From Chloroflexia bacterium (lineage in GTDB: Bacteria > Chloroflexota > Chloroflexia > QHBQ01 > JAICKM01), in assembly GCA_038228295.1 (NCBI GenBank), contig JBBRPH010000020.1:3534-67533 (forward strand): a stretch of DNA of 64,000 bases, read 5' to 3'. The translations under genes and the position numbers were made by a program. The notes beneath the pieces are model-generated. The model worked only from the letters and a program-made list of their open reading frames with translations. It made no database searches and was not told where the DNA came from. Positions 45,835 through 57,146 of this stretch are shown piece after piece; positions within the stretch are counted from its first letter, which is position 1; every line of letters starts with the position of its first letter.

Positions 45835-47319
45835 CGACACGTCGCTATTGTCGGCGCAGGGGTAGGCGGGCTGGCGACGGCGGTGCGGCTGGCGGCCGCC
45901 GGCCTGCAGGTGACCGTTTGCGAGGGTAACAGGCAGCCCGGCGGCAAGATGAACCGGGTGCAGGCGGCCGGCTTCACCTTCGATACCGGCCCCTCGCTCA
46001 TCACCATGCCGGGGGTGTTCACCGAGCTATTCCGCGCCGTCGGGCGACCAATGGCTGATTACCTGCGCTTGATGCCGCTTGACCCGCTCTGCCGCTATCG
46101 CTGGCCCGATGGTAGCGGCTTGGATAGCTCGTCTGACCCGCAAACAATGGCGGCGGCGGTGGACCGCTTCGCGCCGGGCGCGGGCGCCGGCTTCGGCGCT
46201 TTTCTAGCGCACAGCAAAACCCTGTATCAGCGCGCAGCACGACCGTTCTTGTTCGGCGAACGGCCCCGCCCGACCGATCTGCTGGCCCGTAACGGGCTTG
46301 ATACACTGCGGATTGACGCGCTGCCGACGATGGACCGTGTGGTGCGCCGCTACTTCCATGACCCGCGCCTGGTGCAACTCTTCAACCGCTACGCGACCTA
46401 TAACGGCTCCTCGCCCTACAAAGCGCCCGGCACACTCTGTCTGATCCCCTATGTGGAGTTCGCGGGCGGTGGCTGGTACATTCCCGGCGGGCTGTATCGG
46501 TTGGTGGAGAGCCTGGTCGCACTCTGCGATGAGTTGGGCGTGGACCTGCGCCTGAGCACGCCAGTGGCCGAGGTGTTGGTGGCGGGGACCGGCCGGCGAG
46601 GTCGCGCAACCGGGTTGCGCCTAGCCGACGGCTGCTTGATCGCCGCCGATGCGGTCGTGGTGAACGCCGATCCGCTTTACGCCCGTGCGGCGCTGTTTGC
46701 TCCGTCGTGGCGAGCAGCGACGGGTAGCCGACCCATCACGCCCGCTGCGGATCTCTCCTGCTCCGGCTTTGTGCTGTTGCTAGGCACCAATTGCCGCTGG
46801 CCGCAATTGGCGCACCACAACATTTTGTTTAGCCGCGACTATCCCGCCGAATTTCGGGCGATCTTCGCTGAGCGTCGTCCTGCGTCCGAGCCGACGATCT
46901 ATATCAGTTACACTAGTGCCAGTGACCCCACGCAAGCACCGCCGGGCGCGGGCAACCTGTTCGTGTTGGTTAACGCACCGCCGGTAGCCGACCCGACGCA
47001 ATGGGCGACCTGGGCCGGTCCCTACGCTGAACGCATCCTGGATCGTCTCGCCGTCACATTGCCCGGCTTGCGTGATCACGTGGTCTATCGGCAGACGCTT
47101 ACGCCCGCCGATTTCGCCGCCCGCTACCATGCTTACGGCGGTGCGCTCTACGGCTACGCTTCGCATAGCCGTTTAGCCGCCTTTGCCCGCCCCGCTAACC
47201 GTGCGCCGGGCATCGGCGGCCTCTATTTCGTGGGTGGCAGCGCCCATCCCGGCGGCGGGGTGCCGTTGGTATTGCTGGGCGCACGGTTGGTGGCGGGGAT
47301 TGTGGCGCAGGAGACGTAA
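45826..47319 (+). CDS. Phytoene desaturase-family (CrtI/CrtD-like) oxidoreductase
   Basis: GAGVGG, FDTGPSLITMP, YATYNGSSP, HHNILF, HPGGGVP. Confidence 0.9.
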   Translation: MVKRHVAIVGAGVGGLATAVRLAAAGLQVTVCEGNRQPGGKMNRVQAAGFTFDTGPSLITMPGVFTELFRAVGRPMADYLRLMPLDPLCRYRWPDGSGLDSSSDPQTMAAAVDRFAPGAGAGFGAFLAHSKTLYQRAARPFLFGERPRPTDLLARNGLDTLRIDALPTMDRVVRRYFHDPRLVQLFNRYATYNGSSPYKAPGTLCLIPYVEFAGGGWYIPGGLYRLVESLVALCDELGVDLRLSTPVAEVLVAGTGRRGRATGLRLADGCLIAADAVVVNADPLYARAALFAPSWRAATGSRPITPAADLSCSGFVLLLGTNCRWPQLAHHNILFSRDYPAEFRAIFAERRPASEPTIYISYTSASDPTQAPPGAGNLFVLVNAPPVADPTQWATWAGPYAERILDRLAVTLPGLRDHVVYRQTLTPADFAARYHAYGGALYGYASHSRLAAFARPANRAPGIGGLYFVGGSAHPGGGVPLVLLGARLVAGIVAQET

Positions 47320-47642
47320 AAGGTAAAGCGTGAGTAGTATTTAGCCTGTGGTAGATGCGGCAGTAATTGTTCATCCGGCGGACTGCGGCGTATCGTCGCG
47401 CAAAGAGAACACAAAAAGGCCATGCACCGAGCGGCGAGCATAGCGGGAGCGCGTATTTAGCCTGTGGCTGTCGGAGCAACCTGCTCCGGCGGCGAGCAAT
47501 TCAAGTGAGATGAAGTTGGGTGATCCGGATCGCCCTCGAAGTAGTCGGCGTTGGCTCCGCTGCTTCTGTCTATACTAACGCACGATGTGGTGCGAGGTTG
47601 CACGCTTTAGCGACGAGTTTTAATGGATTTTTGCAGCGCATC

Positions 47643-50303
47643 TCAAGCCTCAGCAGTAAGGGCGGCTAGTACACTGTCGAGGGTAGTCATGCGCCCGGCC
47701 AGTGCGAAGGCAACGGCATGGTCGAGTGACATCGTCCGGCCCGCCGTCCAAGCAACGGCCCATGCCGACGGGGTCAACCGGGCTTGGGCTAGGGCGACGT
47801 GTTTGTGATAGGCGGCCTGTTCCAGTGGGCGTAGCGGGGTGCCGATCGCCTCGCGCAGTGCCTCGGCGGCTCCGAACAGGCGCGCCGCCTGTGCCGGCGG
47901 ATCTTGGTGCGCGGCAACCTCGGCCAACCCGTGCAAGCTGAGGACCATCAGTGGGCGGTTGCCGAGTTCGCGTAACAGCACCAGGCTTTCCCGATATAGC
48001 GTGCGGGCCTGCTCGTAATCTCGGTCGCACTGGGCCGATTCGGCCAAATTGTATAATGTGTTTGCCAGCCCCCAGCTATCACCTAACTGCTGACGCAGGA
48101 CCAGGCTTTCGCGGAAAAACTGCCTCGCTGCCGCGTAGTGACCCTGATAGCGGGTCACGACACCGAGGTTGTTGAGCGATATGGCGATGCCCGCCGTGTC
48201 ACCAAGCGTGCGCCGTCCGGCCAGGCCGGCCCGGTAGTAACCCTCGGCGCGCTCATAATCGGCTTGGTCAGTGGCGATCAGGCCCAGTGAGTTGAGCGTA
48301 TTAGCGATATTCCAGGGATCGTCCAGCCGGCGAAACAGGGCCAAGCTTTCCTGCAATAGCGTCTCGGCCTGTGCATAGTCACCTTGCTGGCCGGCTAACG
48401 CCCCCGCCACGCGCAACCCTTTGGCCCGCGTGGCGGGGCTGATCGGGCGGGCCAGCGCGCTCTCCAACCAGCGGCGCCCCTCGCTGAGGTGGCCGTGAGC
48501 ATACCAAAAGCGCCACAGCGCTGCCGCTGTCCGCACGGCATCTTCGCTCGCGCCCTCGGCCAGCATCCAGGCCAGCGCGGCGCGCAAATTATCGTGCTCC
48601 TCCTCCAGGCGCTCCAACCAGCGCACCTGATGCACGCCGCGCAACTCCGGCTCGGCGTGCTCGGCCAGCACCTGATAATAGGCGGCGTGCCGGCGGCGTA
48701 GGGTCGGTGCCTGATCGTCGGCGGCCAACCGCTCCGCTGCGTACTCGTGGATCGTGTCCAGCATTCCGAAGCGCGGTTCCCCGTCCGCTCCCTCGCGCTG
48801 TTGTAACAAGCTGTGATCTAGTAAGGCTTCTAATCCATTGTGGAGCGTGGCAGCGGGGGTATCGTTCGCAACGCCGGTGACGGCGGTGGCGGCGCCCGCC
48901 GAGCAGCCACCGACAAAGACGGCGAGTTGCACAAATAGCGTCTGCTCAGTCGGGGTGAGTAGGCGGTAGCTCCACTCCATAGCATCGTGCAGCGTTTGGT
49001 GTCGGGCGGGACGCAGCGGGGTTGTGCCCGTCAGCAGCTGCTGTGAGGCGTGACCGTCGCCCAGGCGGGCCAGCAATTGGGCCGGCGTAAAGGCATTGCT
49101 GCGCGCCGCCGCCAGTTCCAACGCCAGCGGCAGCCCGTCGAGGCGCACGCAGAGGGCGGCGACGGCGGCGGCATTGTCGCCGGTGAGGCCGAAGCTGGGG
49201 CGGGCCAGCCGGGCGCGCTCCACAAACAGGCGTACTGCGGCGGTTTCCAGTAAGCGTTTCGGTGGCGGCAGGTGCTGGAGATCGGGTAGCGCCAACGGCG
49301 GCACGGGTAGCTCTTGCTCGTCCGCCAAGTGCAGCACGGTGCGGCTGGTAACGATTAGGCATAAAAGAGGAGCTGCGGCCAGCAGTTCGGCTAACAGGGG
49401 AGCGGCAGGCAATCCGAGTTCAAAATTATCCAGCACCAACAGGCACGCCTCGGCGCGCAGCCGGTTTTGTAGAGCCGGCCACAACGGAGTAGCGGGGGTC
49501 TCCACCACGCGCAGCGTCCCGGCTAACGCCAGAACTAACCCTTCTGTATCTGTAGCCGCGTTCAAGCTCACGCAGCCTACGCCGGCGGGAAAGCGGTCCC
49601 GTAGCAGCCGCGCTAGGTGCAAAGCGAGGTGTGTTTTGCCCACGCCACCGGGACCGGTCAGCGTCAGCAGGCGCACTCCGCCGCGGCGCAGGGCCGCCAG
49701 CGCCGCGGCCACCTCCGTTTCTCGCCCAATGAGGGGGGTAACCGGCTCCGGCAGATCGAGTGGTTGCCCAGGTAGGCGTGGCTCCGGCAGGCCGTTACCG
49801 GCGGCCTTGACGATGATGCAGGCGAACACTTGCGTAGGCTCGACATCGCCCTGTAGCCACCATGCGCCGAGATCCTGTAAACCTACGGCCGGCGGTAGTA
49901 AGGGCAAGACGGCAGTTACCGCCGCATCGGTCAACAGGATACGGCCGGCAGGGGTGGCGGCTAGTAAACGCCGTGCGGGGGTCGCCTGGACATCTATGTT
50001 CTCGCCGGCCACAACCAGCGCAGTATGCAAAGCGAATGCGGGGGGGATTGATGGGCCTGCGTCCGCGTGGGCGGCTCGGAGCACAGCCAGAGCGACTCCC
50101 AGTGCCACGCCCGCATCGCTGAACGCGGCGCCGACGCTAGGCGCTGCGCTTGGCAACACCACCCCGCCCGCCCTGCCCAGGATCGTGGCAACGTCGATTT
50201 GTTGGCGGCGCAGAGTCGCCGCTGGTGCTTCCTCACCGCTGGGGATCGGCTCGACGTTATGCGCGAATAGAAACGTCACCATCCCGGTTGGCAATTCAGA
50301 CAT
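47643..50303 (-). CDS. Degenerate cyclase - STAND ATPase - TPR protein (STAND-3)
   Basis: [12 protein letters not shown]; GPGGVGKT; VLDNFE; [12 protein letters not shown]; TPRs. Confidence 0.9.
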   Translation of the reverse strand: MSELPTGMVTFLFAHNVEPIPSGEEAPAATLRRQQIDVATILGRAGGVVLPSAAPSVGAAFSDAGVALGVALAVLRAAHADAGPSIPPAFALHTALVVAGENIDVQATPARRLLAATPAGRILLTDAAVTAVLPLLPPAVGLQDLGAWWLQGDVEPTQVFACIIVKAAGNGLPEPRLPGQPLDLPEPVTPLIGRETEVAAALAALRRGGVRLLTLTGPGGVGKTHLALHLARLLRDRFPAGVGCVSLNAATDTEGLVLALAGTLRVVETPATPLWPALQNRLRAEACLLVLDNFELGLPAAPLLAELLAAAPLLCLIVTSRTVLHLADEQELPVPPLALPDLQHLPPPKRLLETAAVRLFVERARLARPSFGLTGDNAAAVAALCVRLDGLPLALELAAARSNAFTPAQLLARLGDGHASQQLLTGTTPLRPARHQTLHDAMEWSYRLLTPTEQTLFVQLAVFVGGCSAGAATAVTGVANDTPAATLHNGLEALLDHSLLQQREGADGEPRFGMLDTIHEYAAERLAADDQAPTLRRRHAAYYQVLAEHAEPELRGVHQVRWLERLEEEHDNLRAALAWMLAEGASEDAVRTAAALWRFWYAHGHLSEGRRWLESALARPISPATRAKGLRVAGALAGQQGDYAQAETLLQESLALFRRLDDPWNIANTLNSLGLIATDQADYERAEGYYRAGLAGRRTLGDTAGIAISLNNLGVVTRYQGHYAAARQFFRESLVLRQQLGDSWGLANTLYNLAESAQCDRDYEQARTLYRESLVLLRELGNRPLMVLSLHGLAEVAAHQDPPAQAARLFGAAEALREAIGTPLRPLEQAAYHKHVALAQARLTPSAWAVAWTAGRTMSLDHAVAFALAGRMTTLDSVLAALTAEA

Positions 50304-50381
50304 CCGTCTCCCCTTTGCCGGGCCGGCGCGCCAAGTCCGCTAACAGCCGCAGCTAAAACCGGGAGCCGTGCTCCTAGTCTT

Positions 50382-50411
50382 AGTATAAGCGGTTGTAGCC
50401 GCTTGCGTCAA
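50382..50411 (-). promoter_or_regulatory. Putative promoter of STAND-3 with a palindrome in the spacer
   Basis: Minus TTGACG-18-TATACT; aagcgg-N6-ccgctt. Confidence 0.45.
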
Positions 50412-50564
50412 CCACAGGGCACGCTACCTTCCGCACTTCGCACTCGCTAGCGCGTATCTTTCCCCATCTGGTAGCCGCCGGCTGTGCGGGCATTGCGGAA
50501 GTAGGCCGCTTCCGCGCGGGCAGAGTCTATCCCTTGTACAAGGTTGTACGGTGGTGCAGTCCAT

Positions 50565-52286
50565 CTACACGGCCTCCGTATTGAGCGGCAGGGCGCCACC
50601 GTGCGCCGGCAGGCACACGGTAAATACAGATCCGACTGCCGGCGTGCTGACCACATGGATGTCACCGCCTAACAGCCGACAGATACGGCGGCTGAAGGCT
50701 AGGCCCAGTCCTGTGCCGGCGTAGCGGCGGGTCGTTGAGGAATCGCCCTGCATGAACGGCTCGAACAGGTGCGGTAGTTGCTCGGCGGTTATGCCGATGC
50801 CGGTGTCGGCTACCACGAACTCGACCCAGCCGGCAGGATCAGTTGCACTGCGGCGGGCGGTTAAGGTGACCGTGCCGGCTGTGGTGAATTTGGCGGCGTT
50901 ATTGAGCAGGCTGTGCAACACTTGGCTTACTTTCGTCTCATCGCTGACCATTGTCCCGATGTCGGGCGCGATCTCTAGCACGAATTGATTACCGTTCGCC
51001 GCCGTCAGCGGCTGGGCGGCTTGCGCCACGTTTTCCAGCAATGCTTGCAGTGAAAAAGCATAACGGTTCAGCTCCAGTGTACCTGCTTCGATCTTCGACA
51101 TTTCTAGGATGTCGCTGATCAACGCCAGCAGATGGCGGCTTGATCCCTGAATTTTGAGTAAATCAGGCAGGAAGCCGGTGTTGCCCAGCGTCTGTGCCTC
51201 CTCCAGCAAAAAATCGCTGTAACCGATGATGATATTTAACGGCGTGCGTAACTCGTGGCTCATGTTGGCGAGAAACGCACTTTTAGCTTGATTGGCGGCT
51301 TCAGCGGCCTCCTTAGCTGCGCGTAGGGCGGCTTCTACTTGCTTACGCTCAGTGATGTCGCGCACCGCCACGACCCGCGCCTGCTGCTCACCATATGGGA
51401 TGGTTTTGCCGTGAAGTTCGATGGGGAATAGCGTGCCGTCCTTTCGCACGCCTATCGTTTCATACGGTTCGCTGTATCCCGCCAGCATACGCTCCCATAC
51501 GACGGCCTGCGCGGCCGGCGCGATCACCTCCAGCGCGTTGCGGCTTAACAACTCGCTAGCGCTGTAGCCGAACAGTGTCCGCACTGCCTGGTTGGCATCC
51601 AGGATGTGGCCGCGTTCGTGGATCAGGATGCCTTCAAAGCCGGCTTCCGCCAAGTGGCGGAACCGCTCCTCGCTCTGCTGGATGGCGACGGCATTGGCTT
51701 GGAGTTCGCTCTTTTGCTGTCGGTCGCGTAGGCGTAGCCCCTCCAGGCGGCTGAACGTTCGCTGCCGCACGGTGAAGACCACGCCCGCTAACAGCGTAGA
51801 CCCCAGCAACATAAAGGCGAAGTGCAGCAGGTCGGGCGAGGGTGACAAGATCAGGCCGACCACTCCACCCCAGCCCACCAATGCCAGCCCGATCAGCAAC
51901 ACTGTCCAGCGCGCCGACAGTAACAGGCAGCCGGTGCCGATGATCATCAACGCGACATTTGTAGTCTGCTTGATTTCGGCGACCAATGCCATGTGCAGCA
52001 GACTGTTGACCAATACCAAGCCCATAATCGCGGCCGCTAGGGGATGGATCCGCTGCGCCGGCAGCCGTCGCCGGCCTAGCATCACTCGCAGGGTAGCATA
52101 AATCAGCGCCGTCAGCGCGGCCACGCTACACATAATTACGGCAGTAGTGCCCTGTAGCAGGAGGACATGGCTGAAGGCGAAGATGCTATAGAGCACTGTC
52201 AGTGCCGTGAGGACCGGCGGCAGGCTGTCACGTACTACGCGATTCAGCGCCCGCGTGATGGCGGGCCGACTTGAAATGTTTGTCAC
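50565..52286 (-). CDS. Membrane-bound PAS sensor histidine kinase
   Basis: N-terminal TMs, [33 protein letters not shown]. Confidence 0.93.
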   Translation of the reverse strand: MTNISSRPAITRALNRVVRDSLPPVLTALTVLYSIFAFSHVLLLQGTTAVIMCSVAALTALIYATLRVMLGRRRLPAQRIHPLAAAIMGLVLVNSLLHMALVAEIKQTTNVALMIIGTGCLLLSARWTVLLIGLALVGWGGVVGLILSPSPDLLHFAFMLLGSTLLAGVVFTVRQRTFSRLEGLRLRDRQQKSELQANAVAIQQSEERFRHLAEAGFEGILIHERGHILDANQAVRTLFGYSASELLSRNALEVIAPAAQAVVWERMLAGYSEPYETIGVRKDGTLFPIELHGKTIPYGEQQARVVAVRDITERKQVEAALRAAKEAAEAANQAKSAFLANMSHELRTPLNIIIGYSDFLLEEAQTLGNTGFLPDLLKIQGSSRHLLALISDILEMSKIEAGTLELNRYAFSLQALLENVAQAAQPLTAANGNQFVLEIAPDIGTMVSDETKVSQVLHSLLNNAAKFTTAGTVTLTARRSATDPAGWVEFVVADTGIGITAEQLPHLFEPFMQGDSSTTRRYAGTGLGLAFSRRICRLLGGDIHVVSTPAVGSVFTVCLPAHGGALPLNTEAV

Positions 52287-52581
52287 ACGCGCCTCAGATT
52301 GCTTTGTTTAGATCGCTCCTGGGGGAATTGTCGCCGAGTTGTGGCCTTCGTCTAAAATGCGCTTTCAGTGTAGCACAGGCGGTGATGCGGTGCAACCCGC
52401 TAGGATTAGGCAGCGGGGACTGTGCGAAAGTCGGGTTGGGGAGTAGTGGGACGAGGTTCTGCGCCGGCACGAATAGGGGGCACATGGCTTCGTGGTTTGC
52501 GGGGTGTGGTGGCACAAGGGTTGCTTATAGTAAAGCGGGGGCCGTTACTTACTGTTTACATAAGATACAAGGATGCCGCTC

Positions 52582-52917
52582 ATGTTAACGTTACGCCTGC
52601 ACAACCACAAACTACTCACCGGCTGGTGGACCGTTCTCCTGGCCGCCGTGCTTTTGCTCGGCGTGGTCGGTTTCGCTGCCGGTCACGGTCACTGGTCCCT
52701 CGGTAGTGTTTCCACCCCGGCGTATGTGAGCAACACTAGTTCTTTAATCGGCACCGCCGACGGTAGTCTGGTCGAAGGATCTACTGCTGTTGCTGCTCAG
52801 CCTACGGTTGCTTCTCTTCCCGCTTTAGAGTTGCTATTAGTAATATTAACGACTTTAGCCGGGGTCGTATTTGTGCTGGCCCGTCTCTATACGTGTCTCT
52901 GCCGCCGTCTCGCTTAG
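52582..52917 (+). CDS. Hypothetical small membrane protein
   Basis: Two hydrophobic segments; followed by a terminator. Confidence 0.5.
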   Translation: MLTLRLHNHKLLTGWWTVLLAAVLLLGVVGFAAGHGHWSLGSVSTPAYVSNTSSLIGTADGSLVEGSTAVAAQPTVASLPALELLLVILTTLAGVVFVLARLYTCLCRRLA

Positions 52918-52924
52918 ACTGTCG

Positions 52925-52979
52925 GTAAGCGTGGGAAAAGCAGCAAGCGAGATTATGCCGCTTGCTGCTTTTCGCTTAC
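52925..52979. terminator. Bidirectional terminator
   Basis: gaaaagcagcaagcg-agattatgc-cgcttgctgcttttc. Confidence 0.75.
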
Positions 52980-53041
52980 CCTCGTGCCGTGTATGGACGA
53001 GCGTCACACACCTCTCGCAGCTATATTTCGTGTCCCGGCTT

Positions 53042-53779
53042 TTACAGCAGCGTCGCCGCCGTCCAGGGTGCAGTTAATTCCACCCCGTCGCAAGTGGGGC
53101 GGTTGACGAGTGTTGCGACGGGGTGGGCAGTCATCGCCGTCGGTGGGTAAGGCCGGAGCAGCGCCAGCCATGCTGCGTCACCCGCTTGCGGGTCCAGCCA
53201 GGCCGCCTCTGCTGCCGCCGGCAAGATCACCGGCATCCGCTCGTGGATAGGGGCCAGCCGATCATTCGCGGTGGTGGTGATAATGGTGTAACTCCAGAGC
53301 GCGTCACCATCGGGACTACGCCAACAATCGTATAGTCCTGCGAAGGCAAACAAAGCGCCCGGCCCGTCACTGCCCAGCACCTGCATATAATAGGGTTGCT
53401 TTGTTTTGCCGCTACCTTGCCATTCGTAAAAGCCGGTGGCGGGGACCAGGCAACGCCCCTGGCGCAAAGGGCCGCGATAGGTCGGTTTTTCGGCGACGGT
53501 CTCGGCCCGTGCATTGATTGTGCTGTAACGCGCCGACGGCTCACGCGCCCAGCGCGGCACCAACCCCCAACTCATTGCCGCGACCGCGCGCCCCTCGCCT
53601 TGCGCCACCACAACCGGGTGGAGTTGACCGGGTGCGAGATTAAAGCGCGGACCGTCTAGCGCGGCCAATGTGTCGGCCTGCCCCACGGCGCCCACCGTGT
53701 CCGCCACTGTGCCGACTGCGCCGCCGAAGCGTGCAGCCACCTGGGCCACTGTTGCCGCCAATGTATAACGTCCACACAT
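53042..53779 (-). CDS. SRAP (SOS response-associated peptidase, abasic-site protection)
   Basis: N-terminal MCGRY, WGLVP, NARAET, GFYEW, IHERMPVIL. Confidence 0.93.
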   Translation of the reverse strand: MCGRYTLAATVAQVAARFGGAVGTVADTVGAVGQADTLAALDGPRFNLAPGQLHPVVVAQGEGRAVAAMSWGLVPRWAREPSARYSTINARAETVAEKPTYRGPLRQGRCLVPATGFYEWQGSGKTKQPYYMQVLGSDGPGALFAFAGLYDCWRSPDGDALWSYTIITTTANDRLAPIHERMPVILPAAAEAAWLDPQAGDAAWLALLRPYPPTAMTAHPVATLVNRPTCDGVELTAPWTAATLL

Positions 53780-53853
53780 GGGTTTACTTCCTCCTCTCCC
53801 TATCCTATCGCCTCCGTCTTGCCCAATGCGGCAAATTGCTGCTCCTAGTGGCG

Positions 53854-54515
53854 TCACTCCGCGAACGGCGACTCTGCGAGGTGCGCCAGCAAGTCAGCGG
53901 GATCGGCATAGACGGCAACGGCTCCGCGTAAATCAGTATCCGTCCAGCCGCCGCAGCGCAGGGCCACCGTGCGAATGCCTGCCTTGTGGGCTGCCTCAAT
54001 GTCGTAGGGCGTGTCGCCTAGCATGATCGCTGCGTCGGGGGGCAACCTAGCTTGCCCAGCGCCACCTGCACAATGTCGGGGTCAGGTTTCGACTCTTTGA
54101 CCTCACTGCCTGATGCTTGTTCTTTGATCAGGTCCGTCACTTCGGCAATCCGCAGTAGTTTTTGCAACTCGTCGTCTTGTGCCGAACTGGCGGTCGCCAG
54201 TTCAATACCCCGCGCACGTAACCCTTGCACCAAGGCCCGCGTTTGGGGAAAAGGTTGTAGTTCCGACAGGTATTGCTCTTTAAAAATCTCGCCCCGCCAA
54301 CGACTGATCTGTTGTTCTAAAGGACTATCCGCCGCTAGGCCCGTGACTTGCGGCAGCAACTTGTCGCCACCCATGCCGATTAGTTTCACGATACGCTCCG
54401 CTGACTCGTGATAGCCGGCGCGCGCTAATGCCGCTACCCAGGTCCGCGCATGGGCCTCGTTGCTGTCCACCAGCGTACCGTCTATGTCTAGCAGTGCGGC
54501 TTTAATCCGGGTCAT
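53854..54515 (-). pseudogene. HAD-family hydrolase split by a frameshift at a C6 run
   Basis: DIDGTLVDS and SKPDPD in one frame, GDTPYDIEAA in another; junction near 54037-54045. Confidence 0.8.
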
Positions 54516-54718
54516 TAGAGTTCCTCCTGCGGATAATCTTTCGCTGAGACTAGAGCAAGCTATGTGCCGGTCGGCGGGGTTGCGTGCAGTGTGCGCCTCC
54601 CGTATGCCGGCTTACAGCGCGCCGCCCTCTGAGCCTCTATAGTAGAGAGGTGCAGATAGCCGACGGCGAAACCGCGCCGCCCACGACTGCGTACACTTTG
54701 CGGGGGATAGTTACCAGT

Positions 54719-55879
54719 ATGACCTTTGGGATTACAGCGGTTACGAATTTCGCGGCTGCGCCTACAGCGGCGGTGTGGACCGATCTGTGTGGTCGTTCAG
54801 CCGCAAACCCCGTGTTTGCGGGTTATGCTTTTAATCATGCGTGGTGGCAGGCTTTCTGTGCCGACGCGGACTGTTCCTGTCAACTTGCTGTCTTGATTTT
54901 GCATGAAGGGGGTACTCTGATGGGAGTAGCCCCTTTTTATTTGTCTACTGTTACCGCCGCCGATGTAGCGGCCGACCAAGAACGCGCCGCCGTCACGGCC
55001 CGTATCGCGGCGCGCACGACACCCGATTCCTCGGCGCTTCCCCTTTCTGGGGAGGCGATCGCGACTCCCCCTTCCGCCGGCGGGCTGGTGGCCGGAACGT
55101 TAGGGCAGCGGGTTGTGCAACTACTGGGCGGCGTGGCGGTGCGTGATTACGGCGATATTATCGCGCCGCTGGGGCGCGAAGCCGAAGCATGGGCGGCGGT
55201 ATTGGGCTATTGGAACGGGCAGGTCGGCTGGGATGTGCTGGATTTGCACGCACTGCGGGCGGCGCCGGCCGCGCAGGCTGCCGCCGCTGCCGCTGCGCTC
55301 GGCTGGACGGTCGCGCAAGGGATCGAAGAGACCTGCCCGGCGCTGACCCTGCCTGCTACCTGGGACGATTACTTAGCCGGCTTGGGCAAAAAGGATCGCC
55401 ACGAACTGCGCCGCAAGCTGCGGCGCATCGAAACCCAGCCGCTTGCCGTCCGTCGGCGGGTGCAGACCGCCGGCCCCGCTTTAGCGGCAGCCTTCGCCGA
55501 GTTCTTGACCCTGCACCGCCTGAGTGGCGCGGCCAAAGCTGCGTTTATGACCCCGGCGATGGAGCGCTTTTTCCGCCGGCTGCTGGCTGAGGAGCCGGCG
55601 GGGTTAGAGATCGCTACGCTCTATGTAGACGATCAGCCGGTGGCGGCCTACCTGTCGTTTAGCGTCGGTGACCGGCTACTGCTCTACAACTCCGGGTATG
55701 ACCCGCAGTATGCCGACCTCGGCGCGGGATTTGCTTTATTGGTGTATCGTATTGAAGCGGCAATTGCCGCCGGTATCACGGTGTTTGATTTTTTACGAGG
55801 CGACGAGCGTTATAAGTACGACCTGGGGGCAATGGATCAGTTTGTCTACCGGGTGATCGGCCGCCGTCCGGCGGCATAA
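54719..55879 (+). CDS. GNAT family acetyltransferase (CelD/BcsL-like)
   Basis: DYGDII, LPATWDDYL..KKDRHELRRK, LYNSGYD, FDFLRGDERYK; start uncertain. Confidence 0.85.
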   Translation: MTFGITAVTNFAAAPTAAVWTDLCGRSAANPVFAGYAFNHAWWQAFCADADCSCQLAVLILHEGGTLMGVAPFYLSTVTAADVAADQERAAVTARIAARTTPDSSALPLSGEAIATPPSAGGLVAGTLGQRVVQLLGGVAVRDYGDIIAPLGREAEAWAAVLGYWNGQVGWDVLDLHALRAAPAAQAAAAAAALGWTVAQGIEETCPALTLPATWDDYLAGLGKKDRHELRRKLRRIETQPLAVRRRVQTAGPALAAAFAEFLTLHRLSGAAKAAFMTPAMERFFRRLLAEEPAGLEIATLYVDDQPVAAYLSFSVGDRLLLYNSGYDPQYADLGAGFALLVYRIEAAIAAGITVFDFLRGDERYKYDLGAMDQFVYRVIGRRPAA

Positions 55880-55889
55880 AGGTGGGTGT

Positions 55890-57146
55890 ATGTGTAGAAT
55901 TGCGATGTTGAGTGTGCATACCTGTCCGCTGGCAACGTTGGGCGGCAAAGAAACCGGCGGCATGAATGTTTATGTACGCGAACTATCGCGCGAGCTGGGC
56001 CGGCGCGGCAAGAAAGTGGATGTCTTCACCCGTTCCATAGATCCCACTATCGCGCCGGTGCGTGAGCTGGGGCCAAACGCCCGTGTAATCCACTTGCCGG
56101 CCGGCCCGGTCGGCCCCTACGATAAAAACAAAATTTATAATCACTTGCCTCAATTTGTGGCTGGGGTGGAGGCATTCCGCCGGGCTGAAGGGCTGCACTA
56201 TGATCTAGTGCATGGGCACTACTGGCTGTCCGGGCTGGCCGGTCGGCCACTGGCCCAGCAGTGGGATGTGCCGTTGGTGCAGATGTTCCACACGCTGGGC
56301 CACATGAAAAACGAAGTGGCAAAAACCGCCGGTGACCGTGAAGTGGACTTGCGGATCGAAAAAGAGACCGAAGTGCTGCGCCTGGCCGACCGTATTGTGT
56401 CGCCGACTGCCACCGAGCGTACCCAACTCGCCTGGTACTATGGGGCCGATCCCGCCAAGATCAGCGTGATCCCGTGTGGTGTAGACACGAGTCTGTTCCG
56501 CCCGCGCGATCAGCATGAAGCGCGGCAGCGGTTGGGCCTGCCTTGCGGCCGGCTACTACTGTTTGTGGGTCGCATCGAACGCTTGAAGGGCATTGATACG
56601 CTGCTGGAAGCGGCTGCGCTGCTGCTGGCCCGGCCCGGCTATGGGGATCTGCGTGTGCTGATCGTCGGCGGCGACCTGGAGAGCAACGGCGATAATCCCG
56701 AACTGCTGCGTGTGCAGGCGCTGGCAAACAGCCTAGGTATTCGCGACCATGTAGACTTCTTGGGATCGCAACCGCAAACGGAGTTACCCTACTTCTATTC
56801 GGCAGCGGATCTGACGATCATGCCTTCGCATTACGAGTCGTTCGGTATGGTGGCGCTGGAGTCGATGGCCTGTGGCACGCCGGTCGTGGCTTCGCGGGTA
56901 GGCGGCCTGGCGCGGTTGGTGCGCGACGGTGAAACGGGTATCTTGGTGCCCGAAGAATCGCCGACCGCGCTGGCGATGCAAACGCACGCTATCCTGAGTG
57001 ATGCCGCCGAGCGCGGGGCAATGGCCCGCCGTGCCGCCGAGTACGCCGACGAATATGCCTGGGGCCGCATTGCCGATCGCATGATCAAGTTGTATGATAG
57101 CGAACTTCACGGCGTGGCCGACCGGACGTGCCCGTGCGTGATCTGA
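55890..57146 (+). CDS. MshA-like GT-B glycosyltransferase
   Basis: SVHTCP..GGMNVY, HYWLSG, FHTLG, FVGRI..KG, ESFGMVALE. Confidence 0.88.
   Translation: MCRIAMLSVHTCPLATLGGKETGGMNVYVRELSRELGRRGKKVDVFTRSIDPTIAPVRELGPNARVIHLPAGPVGPYDKNKIYNHLPQFVAGVEAFRRAEGLHYDLVHGHYWLSGLAGRPLAQQWDVPLVQMFHTLGHMKNEVAKTAGDREVDLRIEKETEVLRLADRIVSPTATERTQLAWYYGADPAKISVIPCGVDTSLFRPRDQHEARQRLGLPCGRLLLFVGRIERLKGIDTLLEAAALLLARPGYGDLRVLIVGGDLESNGDNPELLRVQALANSLGIRDHVDFLGSQPQTELPYFYSAADLTIMPSHYESFGMVALESMACGTPVVASRVGGLARLVRDGETGILVPEESPTALAMQTHAILSDAAERGAMARRAAEYADEYAWGRIADRMIKLYDSELHGVADRTCPCVI

Noticed and set aside
49096-50343. 415-aa plus-strand ORF
   Set aside because: Antisense to STAND-3; typical high-GC shadow frame
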